A stretch of 64,000 nt of DNA from Bacteroidales bacterium (GCA_045599365.1 JAZRVS010000183.1:8052-72051); one strand, 5' to 3'. Shown: positions 18,825 through 30,313, numbered from the stretch's first letter. Numbers and translations are program-made. Notes: generated from the sequence alone by a model not told the origin.

Positions 18825-20344
18825 TGAATTTTTCAAATTATCATAGTAGACTCCGAATCAAATGGTTGTTTTTCATTTTTGCCATTATTTTGCTTTTCGT
18901 AGGATTCTTTTTCCTTAATAGCACGATTAATTTCATTCGAAAAGAAGAACGCAAAAAAGTTCTTTTATGGGCCGATGCCGTTGAACAACGCAATAAACTA
19001 CTTGACTACGCATCTCAACTTTTTGGAAAATTACAAGAAGAAGAACTTCAAAAAGTTGAATTATGGAAAGAATCTCAACAACTGATTATGGAAGTGGAAG
19101 ATTCTCAATTCCTCACATTTTTACTCAATATTATTTCCAATAACAAAAATATTCCCCTCGTCTTAACTGATGCAAATTTGCACGTTATTACCACGATGAA
19201 TTTAACTGATGGCCCACAAATTGGTGAAACATTCTCAACCACAAAATCATCTATATTTTCAAAATACGAACCTTTACAATTATTTTATAAAAATAAACTC
19301 ATAAATTATATTTATTATTCTGATTCTCAAATATTTAACGAGTTACAACAAATGATAAATGATATGGTTCATTCATTTATTGTTGAAGTAACACAAAACT
19401 CTGTATCTGTCCCCGTTGTCATTACCAACAACGACACAACCGAAATATTTTCATACGGAAATATTACTGAAAAACGCGTAAAAGAATTACAATCTGATTC
19501 TGTGAAAGTGTTCGTGCAAGAACGTATGTCCGAAAATCAGGCAATTCCTATAGTGATAAATCAGATAAAAACAGGTTTAATTTTTTATGAAGAATCCGAG
19601 TTGATTACAAAATTGAGATACTACCCTATTATTATTTTGATTATTTCACTCATCATTTTGATAGGTGCATACCTCACATTCCGTTCGTTTGAAAAACACG
19701 AAAAAGATCAACTTTGGGTTGGTATGTCGAAAGAAACTGCGCATCAATTAGGAACCCCTATTTCTTCGCTTATGGCGTGGCTTGAATTACTCAAAATGAA
19801 AAACTTAGAGCCAGAAATCGTTTGCGAAATTGATAAAGATATAACTCGTCTAAATACTATTGCAAGTAGATTTTCAAAAATCGGTTCTAATCCCAATTTA
19901 ACAATAGAAAATATCGTAACAATAGTTCAAAATGCAGCGAACTATATGAAAAATCGTTCTCCTAAAGACATTTCCTATGCATTTCATACACAACAAGATG
20001 AAATATCTGTGATGGCAAACAATGCTCTTATTGAATGGGTAATTGAAAACATTTGGAAAAACGCGATAGATGCAATGCAAGGTTATGGCTCACTAACGAT
20101 AGAAATTGCTCAAGAAAATAACCACACAACAATTGACATTACCGATACTGGGAAAGGATTACCCCGCAATAAATTTAAAACCATTTTCAAACCAGGTTAT
20201 ACTACAAAATCACGCGGTTGGGGACTTGGTCTCAGTTTAGCACAACGCATTGTGCAAGAATATCACCACGGAAAAATATTCGTAAAATCATCGGAAATAG
20301 ACAAAGGGACAACCATTAGAATCAATTTACCTATAGTACATTAA
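18815..20344 (+). CDS. Sensor histidine kinase (two TM segments, HisKA and HATPase_c)
   Basis: H-box ETAHQLGTPISSL, N-box IWKNAIDA, G-boxes DTGKGL and GWGLGLS. No response regulator is adjacent. Confidence 0.85.
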   Translation: MGLMNFSNYHSRLRIKWLFFIFAIILLFVGFFFLNSTINFIRKEERKKVLLWADAVEQRNKLLDYASQLFGKLQEEELQKVELWKESQQLIMEVEDSQFLTFLLNIISNNKNIPLVLTDANLHVITTMNLTDGPQIGETFSTTKSSIFSKYEPLQLFYKNKLINYIYYSDSQIFNELQQMINDMVHSFIVEVTQNSVSVPVVITNNDTTEIFSYGNITEKRVKELQSDSVKVFVQERMSENQAIPIVINQIKTGLIFYEESELITKLRYYPIIILIISLIILIGAYLTFRSFEKHEKDQLWVGMSKETAHQLGTPISSLMAWLELLKMKNLEPEIVCEIDKDITRLNTIASRFSKIGSNPNLTIENIVTIVQNAANYMKNRSPKDISYAFHTQQDEISVMANNALIEWVIENIWKNAIDAMQGYGSLTIEIAQENNHTTIDITDTGKGLPRNKFKTIFKPGYTTKSRGWGLGLSLAQRIVQEYHHGKIFVKSSEIDKGTTIRINLPIVH

Positions 20345-20544
20345 CGTGAGTTCGATGAATTATAACTACAAGAACTTCAATTGATAAGAATGATTTGGGT
20401 GTTGATTCTTTCAAGATTTATCATGAGGCTATAATGAACTTGTATTTTTACATAATGAAGATAAGTCTTCGCTATCATTTTAATAATCAATTAAAGAACC
20501 ACAATCTAACATCTAATGCATGACAATAATAGAACTTGCATCCA

Positions 20545-20574
20545 CAAAAAAAGAGACCGCATAGAGTCTCTTTT
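20545..20574. terminator. Bidirectional terminator hairpin between convergent genes
   Basis: Stem aaaagagac / gtctctttt, flanked by an A-run on the left and a T-run on the right. Confidence 0.55.
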
Positions 20575-20608
20575 CAAAGTAACCGAGATTCACCCCGTTT
20601 CTGAAATA

Positions 20609-21382
20609 CTATTCTCGACTATTCAATTTTGCTAACAAACGCAAAATTTCAAGATACAACCAAACAAGTGTCATCATAAGACCAAACGCACAATACCACT
20701 CCATATATTCTGGTGCGCCTTGTTCTACTCCATTTTCAACATTTTTGAAGTCAAGAATGAAATTCAATGCAGCAACAGCAACTATGATTACACTTATTCC
20801 TATTCCAAGAGGTCCTGAACTATGTAAGAAACCTATTCCAGAACCAAAAAATCCCATAATCAAATCTACTAAATAAACGAGAGCAATTGCTCCAGTTGCT
20901 GCCAACAATCCAATAGTAAACTTTTTTGTTGGTTGGATAATACGTTCTTTGTACAATATTAACATAACGGCAAACACACCTATCGTCAATAATACGGCAT
21001 TAAAAACAATACCATTTCCAAGTAATGATGTTGATTCTGGATTTCTCGTTGACATTTCGTATATAGCAGAGATGCCGCCAAGTACCAAACCTTCAGCAAT
21101 TGCATAAATAATAGATGTGAATTTTGCTTTTTCTGGTTTAAAAATCGTAATAAACGAAAAAATTGTTCCAACTATCATTCCTCCAATCATAAATGGGAAT
21201 GTTAGTGAACTTCCAGCAAATGCCATTTTCCACGTAAGTACAGCAGCAACAAAAATTATTGCTAACAATGTTAAACTCTTATTGACAGTGCCTTTCAACG
21301 TCATTGTATTCGTTGAGTACGCATTAAAAACATTTCGGAAAACCGATTCTGAAAAAGCTGGATTTGAAGTTTTTTGTAACAT
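20609..21382 (-). CDS. Bax inhibitor-1/YccA-like integral membrane protein
   Basis: 257 aa. A soluble N-terminus (SNPAFSESVF) is followed by ~7 hydrophobic helices, and the C-terminus is charged. Confidence 0.55.
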   Translation of the reverse strand: MLQKTSNPAFSESVFRNVFNAYSTNTMTLKGTVNKSLTLLAIIFVAAVLTWKMAFAGSSLTFPFMIGGMIVGTIFSFITIFKPEKAKFTSIIYAIAEGLVLGGISAIYEMSTRNPESTSLLGNGIVFNAVLLTIGVFAVMLILYKERIIQPTKKFTIGLLAATGAIALVYLVDLIMGFFGSGIGFLHSSGPLGIGISVIIVAVAALNFILDFKNVENGVEQGAPEYMEWYCAFGLMMTLVWLYLEILRLLAKLNSRE

Positions 21383-21427
21383 AGTTATTTATTTTTGGTT
21401 ATTATCAAATTAAATTCTTTGGAGTCT

Positions 21428-22087
21428 TTAACAAAATTCTACTATTTCAAGTAACTCTTTTGTTTGTAACTCAAATTTCGTTCCTTTATTTTGTTCTCGA
21501 AGATATTTAATTTTTTCAAAAATAAAAGATTTATACGTATCACAACGAAATGTGAGTTCTTGGACAACTTTCGAAATAGCCTGAAATACGAATAAATCGT
21601 CAGTTTTTATATCTTTTTCAATTTGTGAACAAATAACTCGTAATTGAGGTTCACTCACGAAAATTTTTTTCATAGCCAAACGAGCAATTGTCATATATCC
21701 AGACATTTTGACATATTTATTTTCATTTTTTATCCAATTCATTGACAATTCTTTCACCTGTGGCAACTGTGAAAACAAGTGCATTACTGCTATTTCTACC
21801 ATTTCGTTATTCACACAACCATTCACATACGATTCAATTTCTTGATTTGAAATAGTATTTGGATTTGCAAACATTAATGATATTAGTTTTGCCTCTCGAA
21901 AATTTTCCTTCCAAAGTTGATTTGCAAGGTCTTGATTTCTACCTTTCTCTTTGGCAAAATTTGAAAGAAGCATAGACGACACTCCATAATTCATATTGTA
22001 ATGCAATCCACTATTGCGAATTTTTTCTGCAATTTCTCCATCCTGATGATGACGAATAAACTGTAATGTTTCTGATAAATCTGACAT
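21428..22087 (-). CDS. HEAT-repeat protein, DNA alkylation repair (AlkD-like) family candidate
   Basis: 219 aa, all-helical, with a LWKENFREAKLISL-type repeat. The assignment rests on resemblance only. Confidence 0.4.
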   Translation of the reverse strand: MSDLSETLQFIRHHQDGEIAEKIRNSGLHYNMNYGVSSMLLSNFAKEKGRNQDLANQLWKENFREAKLISLMFANPNTISNQEIESYVNGCVNNEMVEIAVMHLFSQLPQVKELSMNWIKNENKYVKMSGYMTIARLAMKKIFVSEPQLRVICSQIEKDIKTDDLFVFQAISKVVQELTFRCDTYKSFIFEKIKYLREQNKGTKFELQTKELLEIVEFC

Positions 22088-22090
22088 CGT

Positions 22091-24679
22091 CTATAATTTA
22101 ATTCCAACAACTAAAATATCATCTAATTGTGGTGTTTCTCCCATCCATTCGGAAAGTTGCTTAGAAAGATTGATATATTGCTCCGACATATCCATTGATT
22201 GCATATCAACCAACATTTGTTCAAAACGCTTTGAAGTGAAGCGTTCTCCTTTTTCTCCTCCAAATTGATCTAAGAAGCCATCACTATACAAGTACAATGT
22301 TGTGTTTGGCTTGATAGGTATAACCTCATCTTCAAAAATGCATACTTTCTTTTGTTTAAACGCGTGCATTCCTCCAATTGAAAACAAAGAGCCTTCGTAA
22401 TTCATTATTGTACCATCCGTTACAACTGTTATTTTTTGTCCAGCACCTGAAAATGTTAATTGAGAATTGGTTTTATCATACTTGATAAGCGAGATAACCA
22501 TACCATCTTCTTGAGAATCAATATCGTCATTTTGGCGAAGAATTTTTATCACTTCGTTATCCAAAATAGAAAGAATTTCCGATGGCTTTTCTATTTTCAT
22601 TTCGTTTACAATTTGATTGAACAAAGTATTCCCAACCATTGACATAAAACCACCTGGAACACCATGCCCTGTACAATCGGCAACGGCAAAATACACAACA
22701 TCACCACATACCGACATCCAATAAAAATCGCCACTCACAATTTCTTTTGGCATATAGAAAACAAAATTTTGAGGGAAAACCTCACTCACAGCCTCTCGCG
22801 ATGGCAAAATTGAGCGTTGAATTCTCTTAGCATACGTAAGACTTTCTATGATTTGCGAGTTTTTCTTTCCTAAAATTTCATTCGTATTTTTTATTTCAGC
22901 ATACGCTTTTTCAACTTCTTGTTGTTTTTGTATCAAAAGCGTGTTCGCGTGTTTTTTCTGTTTAAATTGTCTATACAACAAGGTAGCAAATACTATAATT
23001 GCCAACAAAATTGTAGCCAACAAAATCAAATAAATTCTCGTTTGTACGTGTTTTGATTCTGATTGTGCAATTGTAAGCGCTTGAACCTCATTTTGATGTT
23101 CTAATATTTTTATATCCGATTCAAACTCAATTTCGGCAATTCTTTTTTGATTTTTATCGTTTTCTATTGCCCTATCAGTTTCAACAAATTGCTCAAAATA
23201 CGAAAGGGCTTCAGTATATTTATTTTGTTCTTTTTTTAGATTGTACAATGCAAAATAAATGTCTCTAACAAGCGTTTTCTCTTCGCACTTTTTTGCTTGC
23301 TCTAATGCGAGTTCATAATAAGAATTTGCCGATGTATTTTGAAATTTCTGAAACAATTTACCTTGATTATACGCAACGTACGCTAAGCTCAAATCATTAT
23401 TAACAGAATAACGAGCAGCATTCTCGTAACACAACTTCGCAAAAGTGAAATCACCCTTATCTGCACACAAATTTCCATAAAAATTATACACACGACCTAC
23501 ACTTGCTGAATCTTCAATTTGCCGATAAATGAAAATAGCTTTATCATAAAAATCCGAGGATTGCTGATAGACACTTGAATCTTTATAAATCATACCCAAT
23601 CGTTCATAAGAACTTGCTATTGTCTTTTTACTTCCCAATTTTTGGTTAAGATTAAGAGCTTGTTCATACATTTCAATCGACTTACTATATTCTTTTTGGT
23701 TTTTATACAAACCACCTATTGCGTTGTAAATCAATGCTTGTGCCTCCTTATTGTCGGTTTGCTGTCGAAGTTCAAGCGCTTGATTATAGTATTTTAACGC
23801 TTCTCTAACATTTCCCAAATCACGATGAACCGTGGCAACATTAAACAAAGATGCAGCAACATCATTTTTATCTGCTAATTTCCTTCTAATTTCTAATGAC
23901 TTGGTGTAATATTCTTGTGCCTTATCATACACCTTTAAATGAAAATAAAAATTTCCAATTCCATTAAGGGAATAGGCTTCTTCAGATTTATTACCCAATG
24001 TTTGTTGTATTTCAACTGCTTGATTTAAATAACGTAGAGCATCTGAATATTTTCGAAGTCCAACAAACGCAGAACTCATACTATTATACAACAATGCTAT
24101 CGCCTTTTGATTGCCATCTAATTTTCGTTGTTCAAGAGATAGATTATAATACTCCAACGCATCATCATATTTTGCCATTTGCATATACACGTTACCTATA
24201 TTCTTGTAGCAAGTGGCAACTTCTTCTCTGTTACCCAAAGTTTGTTGTAAACGAAGTGCCTGATTATGAAAAACTAATGCAGAATCATAATTGCTCAAAT
24301 CTTTATATAATACACCTAAATTGTCAAGTATTTCTGCAGATTGTTCGTTCGTTTCGCACGTTTTTAAAGCAAGTCGCAAATATTGATTTGCAGAATCAAA
24401 CGAACTTGTTTGGAAATGCAATTTCCCCAAGTTGCAATACGTATTAGACAATAATGATGAATTATCTGTATATGTGGCATAATAGTACGCTTTATGAGCA
24501 GTTTCCATTGCTTTTTGCGGAGAATCTGTCATATACAATTTAGACAACTCCATTAAGATTTCTATTTTTGAATCTCCACGTGACTTTTCTAATTTATTTT
24601 CAAGGCTATCTATTGCTTTCTGCTGCGCACAAACACACACCGAAATCAACGAGAACAAAAGTACAAACCGAATTTTCAT
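22091..24679 (-). CDS. TPR-repeat / transmembrane / PP2C-type (SpoIIE, RsbU-like) serine phosphatase
   Basis: Signal peptide, then ~10 TPR-like units (A..Y...AL.....G), one TM segment (IYLILLATILLAIIVFATLLY), then the SpoIIE signatures SGDFYW and DCTGHGVPG. Confidence 0.8.
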   Translation of the reverse strand: MKIRFVLLFSLISVCVCAQQKAIDSLENKLEKSRGDSKIEILMELSKLYMTDSPQKAMETAHKAYYYATYTDNSSLLSNTYCNLGKLHFQTSSFDSANQYLRLALKTCETNEQSAEILDNLGVLYKDLSNYDSALVFHNQALRLQQTLGNREEVATCYKNIGNVYMQMAKYDDALEYYNLSLEQRKLDGNQKAIALLYNSMSSAFVGLRKYSDALRYLNQAVEIQQTLGNKSEEAYSLNGIGNFYFHLKVYDKAQEYYTKSLEIRRKLADKNDVAASLFNVATVHRDLGNVREALKYYNQALELRQQTDNKEAQALIYNAIGGLYKNQKEYSKSIEMYEQALNLNQKLGSKKTIASSYERLGMIYKDSSVYQQSSDFYDKAIFIYRQIEDSASVGRVYNFYGNLCADKGDFTFAKLCYENAARYSVNNDLSLAYVAYNQGKLFQKFQNTSANSYYELALEQAKKCEEKTLVRDIYFALYNLKKEQNKYTEALSYFEQFVETDRAIENDKNQKRIAEIEFESDIKILEHQNEVQALTIAQSESKHVQTRIYLILLATILLAIIVFATLLYRQFKQKKHANTLLIQKQQEVEKAYAEIKNTNEILGKKNSQIIESLTYAKRIQRSILPSREAVSEVFPQNFVFYMPKEIVSGDFYWMSVCGDVVYFAVADCTGHGVPGGFMSMVGNTLFNQIVNEMKIEKPSEILSILDNEVIKILRQNDDIDSQEDGMVISLIKYDKTNSQLTFSGAGQKITVVTDGTIMNYEGSLFSIGGMHAFKQKKVCIFEDEVIPIKPNTTLYLYSDGFLDQFGGEKGERFTSKRFEQMLVDMQSMDMSEQYINLSKQLSEWMGETPQLDDILVVGIKL

Positions 24680-24823
24680 ATATAATTCATATTATTTAAC
24701 TGCACGGACAAATATAAAAAAACTACGTATAACATTAATTTGAAAAGAAAAAAACTATCTTTGCGTCACTGTTTTGAACACCCCACATGACAGTACTTAT
24801 TGTTTTACTTAAATTTTTCTATT

Positions 24824-25747
24824 ATGAAAAAGTCATTCATCTATGTCCTTGCAAGTGGACTGTTACTTGCTTCAGCGTGTTCAAAAAACGAAACAAAATC
24901 GAAAGACATTTTTGAACCAAAAGAAATTGAAGGATACACCTTGCAATTGTGTGATTTCAATGTTGTTTCTAAAGAAGTTACAAATTACAAAAAAACGCTT
25001 CCTCAAGATGCGTATTTCTATGATTTAGAAGATGTTTTATTCGTTTATGGTTATCTTCAACTTCAAAATGGAAGCAACAACTACAATATCATTGTTGACA
25101 GCATTCTTTTCAATGATATAGCAAACAACTATCCAAAAAACGATGACGCAGTAATCAAAGTTGCTAAAAAAGTTACTTGTGCTGACGATACAACATACGA
25201 ATTTGTTCAAAAAAACATAAAACTCCAATTAAATACAGCAATTCCTTGCCACGATACAATTAGTGTAATTCAAAATACAGAAGGAATATACCTACCAAAA
25301 CTATACATGTATTGTTTGAATGAAGAAGAAATTTTCATCACATATACATTTTTTGACAAATGCGGGAACAACTATGCCGATAATAAATCAGATATTTTTG
25401 ATGAAGCAGGGAAAACAATCGGTCAAAACTATAGCGATTACGTGAAAGGTATTTTCAATATGAAAGATACTACTGATAACGTACGAGAAAAGGTTCTATA
25501 CTACACGAACTGCTCTTACTTATTATACAACCACATTCAACGAGTTGAAAATCAAAACAATCAGCAATTTTGTCATTCCTTTTATAGTTCAGTTTCTGAA
25601 AATTTCAATATTTCTAACAAAAATGATTTTGAAAATCTTTTCATAAAATACCCTTATACGTTAGACGATTTTGAGACAACTAACATAGATGGAAAAGATT
25701 TTCAAACATATCTCAACGATTTGAGGAAAATCTTGCAGATTAAGTAA
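24824..25747 (+). CDS. Hypothetical lipoprotein
   Basis: Starting at 24824 gives MKKSFIYVLASGLLLASAC, a lipobox. Confidence 0.5.
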   Translation: MKKSFIYVLASGLLLASACSKNETKSKDIFEPKEIEGYTLQLCDFNVVSKEVTNYKKTLPQDAYFYDLEDVLFVYGYLQLQNGSNNYNIIVDSILFNDIANNYPKNDDAVIKVAKKVTCADDTTYEFVQKNIKLQLNTAIPCHDTISVIQNTEGIYLPKLYMYCLNEEEIFITYTFFDKCGNNYADNKSDIFDEAGKTIGQNYSDYVKGIFNMKDTTDNVREKVLYYTNCSYLLYNHIQRVENQNNQQFCHSFYSSVSENFNISNKNDFENLFIKYPYTLDDFETTNIDGKDFQTYLNDLRKILQIK

Positions 25748-25844
25748 TTGACAACTTGATTTCAAAAGAGTTATCGAAAACACCTCTTGGTAAACTACAC
25801 TTTCAATTACGATTGATATAAGTAATCCTATTCAAGGCTCTATG

Positions 25845-25886
25845 CGAATAGCAACTTTTATATATTTTGTTGCTATTCGTATTTTG
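25845..25886 (+). terminator. Rho-independent terminator
   Basis: Perfect 11-bp stem cgaatagcaac / gttgctattcg with a 13-nt AT loop, then tattttgtt. Confidence 0.6.
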
Positions 25887-25942
25887 TTGAAAAGTATTCT
25901 AATTTTCTCAAAATCTTACAAATAGATTATCAAAAGATTATG

Positions 25943-25950
25943 TATTTTTG
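25943..25950 (+). promoter_or_regulatory. Bacteroidota -7 box (TAnnTTTG)
   Basis: TATTTTTG lies 21 nt upstream of the ATG at 25972. Confidence 0.4.
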
Positions 25951-25971
25951 CGAAAATTAATTACTATTGCT

Positions 25972-26646
25972 ATGCCTTATAGAAGACTTCCAAATACTGA
26001 TGCAGCAAGAACGAGAGCGTTACAAAAAGCAGTCGAAAAAGCTCCTGATTTTCTTCGCGATAAAGATTTATTATTAAAAGCTCGATACTTTCTCATTACC
26101 TTCCAAAAAGGTATTGTACAGTGTCGTTCTGAATATTCAAAAACAGTTAAAACTGGTGCAAATTTTGCCCAATTACAAAGGAAAACGAAAATGTACGTTT
26201 CGCACTTTATTCAAGTGCTCAATATGGCAATTGCACGCGGAGAAATGAAAGCAAATGCTCGTGAGTTTTACGGATTAAAAGACAAAAAATTACCCCAACT
26301 TGAAACGACAGAACAAATTCTTGAATGGGGAGAAAAAATCATAAAAGGCGACAAAAAACGTATTGAATCTGGTGGTTCAATGATGCAAAATCCGCGTGCG
26401 GCCTTGGTCAAAATAGAATACGACAAACTGTTGTATGCATCTCAAGAGAATAAATCGCAAATGACAAAAGATAAAGGTAGTTCTGATTATATGAACTCTC
26501 TGAGGACTCAAGCCGATGAAATTATTCTCACGCTATGGAATGCTATTGAAGAACATTTTGCTGATTTAGAACCAGAAAAAAGGCGCGAAATTTGTAGCGA
26601 ATATGGCATTTCGTACGTATATAGAAAAACAGAAAAAAAATCTTAA
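25972..26646 (+). CDS. Hypothetical protein (basic, helical)
   Basis: The ORF from the ATG at 25972 begins MPYRRLPNTDAARTRALQKAVEKA. I recognise no family. Confidence 0.45.
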   Translation: MPYRRLPNTDAARTRALQKAVEKAPDFLRDKDLLLKARYFLITFQKGIVQCRSEYSKTVKTGANFAQLQRKTKMYVSHFIQVLNMAIARGEMKANAREFYGLKDKKLPQLETTEQILEWGEKIIKGDKKRIESGGSMMQNPRAALVKIEYDKLLYASQENKSQMTKDKGSSDYMNSLRTQADEIILTLWNAIEEHFADLEPEKRREICSEYGISYVYRKTEKKS

Positions 26647-26695
26647 TATATAGTATTGAATATCTATACATTAAGGTTCCTAAAAAAAGAATAAT

Positions 26696-27040
26696 ATGAA
26701 AAAGATAATTTTTTCTTTCTTACTCGCTCTCATAGCATTTTGTGGTTGTAACAAAAAACCAACATTTACTGAAGCAGATTTGGTTGGTCGATGGCAATGT
26801 GGAACTCTTTGGGAGCGCTATGTATCTGGAGGATCTGGCTATACTTGGGATACTGCCGATGATGTAGATGAATCAGAAGCGCAAACATTCACATGGAAGT
26901 TGGAAGAAGATAAACTTACCCAATATCACCAAATGGAAATGGGAGGACTTGTTCCCAAACAATACACTATCACAGAACTGACGGGTACAACACTTCGATA
27001 CGAAGCCAATGGTAGAACATACACATTTACAAAACGATAA
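26696..27040 (+). CDS. Lipocalin-like domain lipoprotein
   Basis: Lipobox LIAFCGC, then LVGRWQ...TWKLEEDKLT...YTITELTGTTLRYE, typical of small Bacteroidota lipocalin-like proteins. Confidence 0.55.
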   Translation: MKKIIFSFLLALIAFCGCNKKPTFTEADLVGRWQCGTLWERYVSGGSGYTWDTADDVDESEAQTFTWKLEEDKLTQYHQMEMGGLVPKQYTITELTGTTLRYEANGRTYTFTKR

Positions 27041-27079
27041 AGACTATCTTCTAATCTCATTCAACGAAAAATCATAACT

Positions 27080-30000
27080 ATGAAAAAGTTTCTAAAAATC
27101 TTTGGTATCTCGCTTGGTTCTATAGTTGGGATTTCTCTTATTGGCGTATGTATTGCTATTTGGTGCGTTTTTACACCAGCAAAACTTACTCCAATTGTAA
27201 AAAAATATATTCCACAATTCGTAAACTGCCAAACAGAATTGGATACTGTTGATTTAACATTTTTCAGCACGTTCCCAAATTTCGGCCTTCGTTTGAACAA
27301 TGTGGCTTTAATCAATCCTATGGATGGAGCACAATCCGACACAGTAGCAAGCATAGAAGAATTAATCGCAACTATTGATGTCAAAGAATATCTTTCAAAC
27401 GAAAATATCATTATCAATGGCGTGTATCTTAATAATACACAGGCAAATATCTATGTTAATGCTGATAGTATTGCCAACTATGATGTTTTTGTTTCTGATA
27501 CAACAACAGTTGAGGACACAACAACAACGTCAATTTTCAAATCGCTGGCTATCAAAGACGTAGAATTGAAAGATATTTCTGCTTCGTACGTCGATGTGCC
27601 GTCAAAAATGAATGCTTCCATAAAAGATATCAATTTAAGTGCTGATGTGTTGATGGAGGATGATGCTATAGCAACTGATTTGGAAATGACTTCGGGTGCT
27701 ATTGATTTTGCTTTGACTGATTCCACGCAATTGGTTGCTGCAATCAATAATCTTGAAACAAAATTTTCGGGTGGAATCGGCAACTACAATGACATACAAG
27801 GAACCTTAAAATTGTTTTTGACTGGGGTATCTGCTACAATGGGCGAAACACAATATGCAGATTCATTGAATGTACAAGCTGAATTACCTTTAGAAGCTTC
27901 TCTTGATTCTTTGAAATTCATTCTCACAAATGCTTTAATTGGCATAAACGAACATCAAATCTCATTAGATGGAAACGCACAGATTGGCGACGACATCAAC
28001 ATGGACATAAACTTTTCTACTAACGAAATTATTGTCAACAAACTATTACAACTCGTTCCACAAGAGATGGTAAAAGAATATCTTGATGGTATACAATTAG
28101 ATGGAACGCTTCAACTTGCTGGAAGCGTGTCTGGTACAATGAACGACACGTTAATGCCTTTAATTGCTGCCGATGCAACATATTCTGCGGGAACAGTAAT
28201 CATAAATGGATTGGGACATGATTTGCGAGACGTAAATGCAACAATTCACGCAAAAGTTGATTTGAATGAAGAAAAAAATTCAGCTTTAAAAATCACTTCT
28301 CTATCTGCAAAAACTGGCAAATCAAGTATTACTGCAACTGGCGAAATTTCGGATTTGTTGAACAAAATGAATTTCGATTTAAAAGCAAATGCTAATTTGT
28401 GGTTACTTGACCTAAAAAATGATATTCCCGATTATATTTTTGCCACAGGTTGGGCTGACGCTGTTATTCTTGCAAAGTGCGATTTGGACGCTTTAACAAA
28501 TGTGGACTTAAAAAGAATAAAAGCGAATGGAAACATTATTTTGAAAGATTTTGACGCAATTTACGAGGATTCAACCTTTGTTAATAGCAAAAAAATGACA
28601 GTTGACTTTACATTGCCAAGCACACACACAACAAAGGAATTCAAAGAAATGCTTGATTTTGCAATAAAAAGCGACAAGTTGAATGTAGAAATGACAGATT
28701 TTTTCAAAACAGACTTGCAAAATGCTGATTTGCGTCTCGGTCTCTCTGATGTGATGGACACTACTCAAGATGTAGCACTCGCATGTGATTTTGATATTAA
28801 AGAACTCGATTTTATTATGGAAGCAGATACTATTTCTGCTCACGCACGACACCCAAAAGGATCTGCTAAAATGTATCCAAAGGGGAAAAATACAGGGTAT
28901 GTTTGTGTATTCAACTGCGATAGTTTATATGCAAAAGTTGCTGAAGATCTTGCTGCTCGTACTGGAATTATTGCAATTGATGCAAAAGCAGAATATGACG
29001 AAAAAGTGGAAGATGTTTTGTTACAATGGAATCCAGAAGTAAAAATAAATTTCAATCAAGGACAAATTGCAACAAGTGCTGTTGACGCTCCAATAAAAGT
29101 TTCCAAAATACAATGCGACTTCAACAAAAATCGCTTCAACATAGACCAGAGTAAAGTTATTTTAGGGAATTCTGATTTCCAATTGACTGGAATTATCAAA
29201 AACATTGCTGACTATATCAATGGAGAAGACATTTTACAAGGGAATTTGCAATTCACTTCGGACTACACCGATGTTATGGAACTTATGGATATGTTCAGCG
29301 GTGTTGGAGATACAACGGTCGTTGCCGAAACACAAGTAGAACCACAAGACACAACAACCAAAGTTGAAGAAGACAACCCATTTATGGTTCCTCTTGGTGT
29401 TGATGTTGTTCTAAAAACCGACATCAAAAAAGCTTCTGTCGGGAAAACAATTATTGAACACGCTGGAGGTGGCGTAACAATCCGTGATGGAGTGTTAGTT
29501 CTTGAAGAAATGGGTTTCACATGCGATGCAGCTCAAATGCAACTTACAGCAATGTATCGTTCCGCACGAAAAAATCACCTATTTACTGGACTTGATTTTC
29601 ACTTGATTGACATTAGCATTGCCGATTTAATTGAGATGATTCCAGACATTGACACATTAGTTCCAATGTTGAAATCATTCTCTGGAAAAGCAGAATTTCA
29701 CTTGGCAGCAGAAACATACTTAAAATCTAATTACGATCCTAAATTCTCTACCCTTCGTGGCGCAGCTGCCATTAAAGGCAAAGATTTAGTTGTAATGGAC
29801 AACGAAACCTACCAGCAAATATCAAAACTATTGTTATTCAACAAGAAAAAGACTAAAAACGTGATTGATAGCCTTGATGTAGAAATGACAGCATTCCGCA
29901 ATGAAGTTGATTTATATCCATTCATCGTTTCTATGGACAAATACCAAGCAATATTATCGGGTTATCATAACCTTGATATGACATACAATTATCATATTTC

Positions 30001-30211
30001 ACTCACCAAATGTCCGCTACCTCTACGACTTGGACTAAACATTATGGGAAATCTTGATGATCTTAAATTTAAATTGGCTAAATGTCAATACAAGAAGTTA
30101 TACAAACCAGAAAAGCAAGGTGTTGTTGACAACGAAATTCTAGAACTTAAGAAAATTATTAGTTCTTCACTACAAGCTAACGTAAAGAATCAAGAAGTCC
30201 TTTTGAAATAA
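27080..30211 (+). CDS. AsmA/TamB-like large envelope protein
   Basis: 1043 aa. An N-terminal TM anchor (IFGISLGSIVGISLIGVCIAIWCVF) is followed by a long repetitive beta-rich body and an AsmA_2-like C-terminus. Confidence 0.65.
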   Translation: MKKFLKIFGISLGSIVGISLIGVCIAIWCVFTPAKLTPIVKKYIPQFVNCQTELDTVDLTFFSTFPNFGLRLNNVALINPMDGAQSDTVASIEELIATIDVKEYLSNENIIINGVYLNNTQANIYVNADSIANYDVFVSDTTTVEDTTTTSIFKSLAIKDVELKDISASYVDVPSKMNASIKDINLSADVLMEDDAIATDLEMTSGAIDFALTDSTQLVAAINNLETKFSGGIGNYNDIQGTLKLFLTGVSATMGETQYADSLNVQAELPLEASLDSLKFILTNALIGINEHQISLDGNAQIGDDINMDINFSTNEIIVNKLLQLVPQEMVKEYLDGIQLDGTLQLAGSVSGTMNDTLMPLIAADATYSAGTVIINGLGHDLRDVNATIHAKVDLNEEKNSALKITSLSAKTGKSSITATGEISDLLNKMNFDLKANANLWLLDLKNDIPDYIFATGWADAVILAKCDLDALTNVDLKRIKANGNIILKDFDAIYEDSTFVNSKKMTVDFTLPSTHTTKEFKEMLDFAIKSDKLNVEMTDFFKTDLQNADLRLGLSDVMDTTQDVALACDFDIKELDFIMEADTISAHARHPKGSAKMYPKGKNTGYVCVFNCDSLYAKVAEDLAARTGIIAIDAKAEYDEKVEDVLLQWNPEVKINFNQGQIATSAVDAPIKVSKIQCDFNKNRFNIDQSKVILGNSDFQLTGIIKNIADYINGEDILQGNLQFTSDYTDVMELMDMFSGVGDTTVVAETQVEPQDTTTKVEEDNPFMVPLGVDVVLKTDIKKASVGKTIIEHAGGGVTIRDGVLVLEEMGFTCDAAQMQLTAMYRSARKNHLFTGLDFHLIDISIADLIEMIPDIDTLVPMLKSFSGKAEFHLAAETYLKSNYDPKFSTLRGAAAIKGKDLVVMDNETYQQISKLLLFNKKKTKNVIDSLDVEMTAFRNEVDLYPFIVSMDKYQAILSGYHNLDMTYNYHISLTKCPLPLRLGLNIMGNLDDLKFKLAKCQYKKLYKPEKQGVVDNEILELKKIISSSLQANVKNQEVLLK

Positions 30212-30313
30212 AAGAATAAACAAAATGGATATCACCACCACATTTTAATATCAATTTGTTTATTGTTATTTATTTTATTTTACCTTTGCGTTGCGTGTAT
30301 AGATGAGTTAAAA

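Noticed and set aside
18815-24679. Histidine kinase plus TPR-SpoIIE phosphatase as a linked novel signalling system
   Set aside because: The two genes are on opposite strands, separated by two unrelated genes, and each architecture is common in Bacteroidota. Nothing in the sequence links them.
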